A stretch of 64,000 nucleotides of DNA from the human T2T-CHM13v2.0 reference genome, Homo sapiens. Under the pieces are notes generated by a model. That model had not been told where the DNA came from and ran no database searches. It saw nothing but the letters and a program-made list of their open reading frames with translations. This document shows, one piece after another, positions 61,501 to 64,000 of this stretch. The position numbers and the translations under genes were made by a program. The DNA is taken from the NCBI RefSeq assembly GCF_009914755.1, contig NC_060945.1; one strand, given 5' to 3'. Each line of letters starts with the position of its first letter. Position 1 is the first letter of the stretch.

Positions 61501-64000
61501 AAAATATCAAAGTACCCAAAGCGTGTATTATATACTGTACATAAAATATGAAAGTACATCAAATATATATTTTATTCTGTACATAAAATATCAAAGTACA
61601 CCAGATATATATTCTATAGTGTACATAAAATATCAAAGTACCCAAACTATACATTATATACTGTACATAAAATATGAAATTACATCAAATATATATTATA
61701 TAAGGTACATAAAATATGAAACTGCATCAAACATAGATTATATACTGTACATTAAATACCAAAGAACCCCAAATATATATTATATACTCTACATGAAATA
61801 TCAAAGTTCACAAACTATATATTATATACTGTACATAAAATATCAAAGTACCCAAGGTATATATTCTATACTGTACAAAAAATATCAAAGTACCCAAAGC
61901 ATGTATTATATACTATATATAAAATATGAAAGTACATCAAATATATATTTTATTCTGTACATAAAATATCAAAGTACACCAGATATTTATTCTATAGTGT
62001 ATATAAAATAACAAAGTACAAAAACTATAAATTATATACTGTACATAAAATATGAAATTACATCAAATATATATTAGGTACATAAAATATGAAAGTACAT
62101 CAAATATAGATTATATACTGTACATAAAATATCAATGTACCCCAAATATATATTTTATACTCGACATGAAATATCAAAGTTCACAAACCATATAATATAT
62201 ACTGTACATAAAATATCAAAGTACCCAAGGTATATATTCTATACTGTACAAAAAATATCGAAGTACCCAAAGCATGTATTATATACTGTACATAAAATAT
62301 GAAAGTACATCAAATATATATTTTATTCTGTACATAAAATATCAAAGTACACCAGATATATATTCTATAGTGTACATAAAATATCAAAGTACCCAAACTA
62401 TACATTATATACTGTACATAAAATATGAAATTACATCAAATATATATTATATTAGGTACATAAAATATGAAAGTACATCAAATATAGATTATATACTGTA
62501 CATAAAATATCAAAGTACCCCAAATATATATTATATACTCTACATGAAATATCAAAGTTCACAAACTATATATTATATACTGTACATAAAATATCAAAGT
62601 ACCCAAGGTATATATTCTATAATGTACAAAAAATATCAAAGTACCCAAAGCGTGTATTATATACTGTACATAAAATATGAAAGTACATCAAATATTTATT
62701 TTATTCTGTAGATAATATATCAAAGTACACCAGATATATATTCTATAGTGTACATAAAATATCAAAGTACCCAAACTATACATTATATACTGTACATAAA
62801 ATATGAAATTACATCAAATATCTATTATATTAGGTACATAAAATATGAAAGTACATCAAATATAGATTATATACTGTACATTAAATACCAAAGTACCCCA
62901 AATATATATTTTATACTGTACATGAAATATCAAAGTTCACAAACTATATATTATATACTGTACATATAATATCAAAGTACCCAAGGTATATATTCTATAC
63001 TGTACAAAACATATCAAAGTACCCAAAGCATGTATTATATACTGTACATAAAATATGAAAGTACATCAAATATATATTTTATTCTGTATATAAAATATCA
63101 AAGTACACCAGATATATATTCTATAGTGTACATAAAATATCAAAGTACCCAAACTATACATTATATACTGTACATAAAATATGAAATTACATCAAATATA
63201 TATTATATTAGGTACATAAAATATGAAAGTACATCAAATATAGATTATATACAGTACATAAAATATCAAAGTACCCCAAATATATATTATATGCTCTACA
63301 TGAAATATCAAAGTTCACAAACCATATATTGTATACTGTACATAAAATATCAAAGTACCCAAGGTATATATTCTATACTGTACAAAAAATATCAAAGTAC
63401 ACAAAGCGTGTATTATATACTGTACATAAAATATGAAAGTACATCAAATATATATTTTATTCTGTACATAATATATCAAAGTACACCAGATATATATTCT
63501 ATAGTGTACATAAAATATCAAAGTACCCAAACAATACATTATATACTGTACATAAAATATGAAATTACATCAAATATATATTATATTAGGTACATAAAAT
63601 ATGAAAGTACATCAAATATAGATTATATACTGTACATTAAATACCAAAGTACCCCAAATATATATTTTATACTGTACATGAAATATCAAAGTTCACAAAC
63701 TATATATTATATACTGTACATAAAATATCAAAGTACCCAAGGTATATATTCTATACTGTACAAAAAATATCAAAGTACCCAAAGCATGTATTATATACTG
63801 TACCTAAAATATGAAAGTACATCAAATATATATTTTATTCTGTACATAAAATATCAAAGTACACCAGATATATAATCTATAGTGTACATAAAATATCAAA
63901 GTACCCAAACTATACATTATATACTGTACATAAAATATGAAATTACATCAAATATATATTATATTAGGTACATAAAATATGAAAGTACATCAAATATAGA
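58500..64000 (+). repeat. Mosaic zone of reshuffled pieces related to the 27.6-32.2 kb segment
   Basis: CTATAATGTAC+GCGTGTAT at ~58860 and ~62620 (cf. ~27700). ATAAGGTAC, AAGAACCCC and TCGACATG at ~61700-62170 (cf. 29790-30255, offset 31,911). CATAAATTATC at ~61085 (cf. ~31800). Confidence 0.65.

Larger units (their letters stand above)
1..64000 (+). repeat. HSat1A (classical Satellite I / SAR) tandem array: 42-bp monomer, 378-bp 9-mer higher-order unit, single orientation, runs off both window ends
   Basis: Monomer such as GTACATAAAATATCAAA (17 bp) + GTACCCAAACTATACATTATATACT (25 bp) recurs throughout. Nine distinguishable monomer types recur in fixed order (14-aa blocks KYEITSNIYYIRYI/KYESTSNIDYILYI/KYQSTPNIYYILYM/KYQSSQTIYYILYI/KYQSTQGIYSILYK/KYQSTQSMYYILYI/KYESTSNIYFILYI/KYQSTPDIYSIVYI/KYQSTQTIHYILYI in the ORF track). 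The 17+25 RsaI subunits, 42-bp monomer and 378-bp period are the established description of HSat1A. Strand label only denotes the A-rich strand. Confidence 0.96.

Noticed and set aside
175-63875. About 120 ORFs encoding 14-aa-repeat Y/I/K-rich proteins, considered as a repeat-protein gene family
   Set aside because: They are translations of the 42-bp satellite. Starts and stops coincide with satellite indels and SNPs, and there are no unique domains or gene structure.
1-64000. CRISPR-like array (conserved TGTACATAAAATAT core alternating with variable segments)
   Set aside because: The variable parts are homologous to each other and recur every nine monomers. There are no unique spacers, leader or cas genes.
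1-64000. Alpha satellite, HSat2/3 or HSat1B identity; CENP-B boxes
   Set aside because: No 171-bp period, no CATTC repeats, no ~2.4-kb Alu-containing unit and no CENP-B box motif seen.
1-64000. TATA-box-like promoters (TATATAAAA, TATAAA) and palindromes TGTACA/GTAC/TATATA as regulatory sites or hairpins
   Set aside because: Expected by composition and repeated hundreds of times. There is no context supporting any individual site, and the palindromes are too short for stable structures.
1-64000. Assignment to a specific chromosome or species
   Set aside because: HSat1A arrays occur on several human chromosomes (3, 4 and the acrocentrics), and no unique flank is present. Assignment needs alignment to T2T assemblies.

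Overview
The whole 64 kb window is one uninterrupted, single-orientation, very AT-rich tandem satellite array. It matches human/hominid Satellite 1A (HSat1A; classical Satellite I, Repbase SAR). The 42-bp monomer is made of alternating 17-bp and 25-bp GTAC-delimited subunits and is organised as a 9-monomer, 378-bp higher-order unit (about 170 units in the window). I found no genes, RNA genes, transposons or unique sequence. All ORFs in the track are by-products of a stop-free frame in a repeat whose length is a multiple of 3. The interest lies in the array architecture, read from indel and SNP markers: unit-length alleles (378/377/375/373/372/336 bp), 3- and 6-unit super-periods (~1.13 and ~2.25 kb), a chimeric 2,629-bp triplication, a diverged island at ~11-14 kb with two 8-mer units, and a reconstructable 13.9-kb duplication -> 16.14-kb duplication -> 1.5-kb deletion history with two breakpoints mappable to <50 bp. 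One speculative functional observation: a + strand transcript would be extremely dense in Pumilio-element (UGUANAUA) and UGUA motifs, with variant-created poly(A) signals. I cannot support a novel protein-coding system here, nor assign the chromosome. Offsets were derived by hand from the ORF track and spot-checked markers, not from a full alignment.
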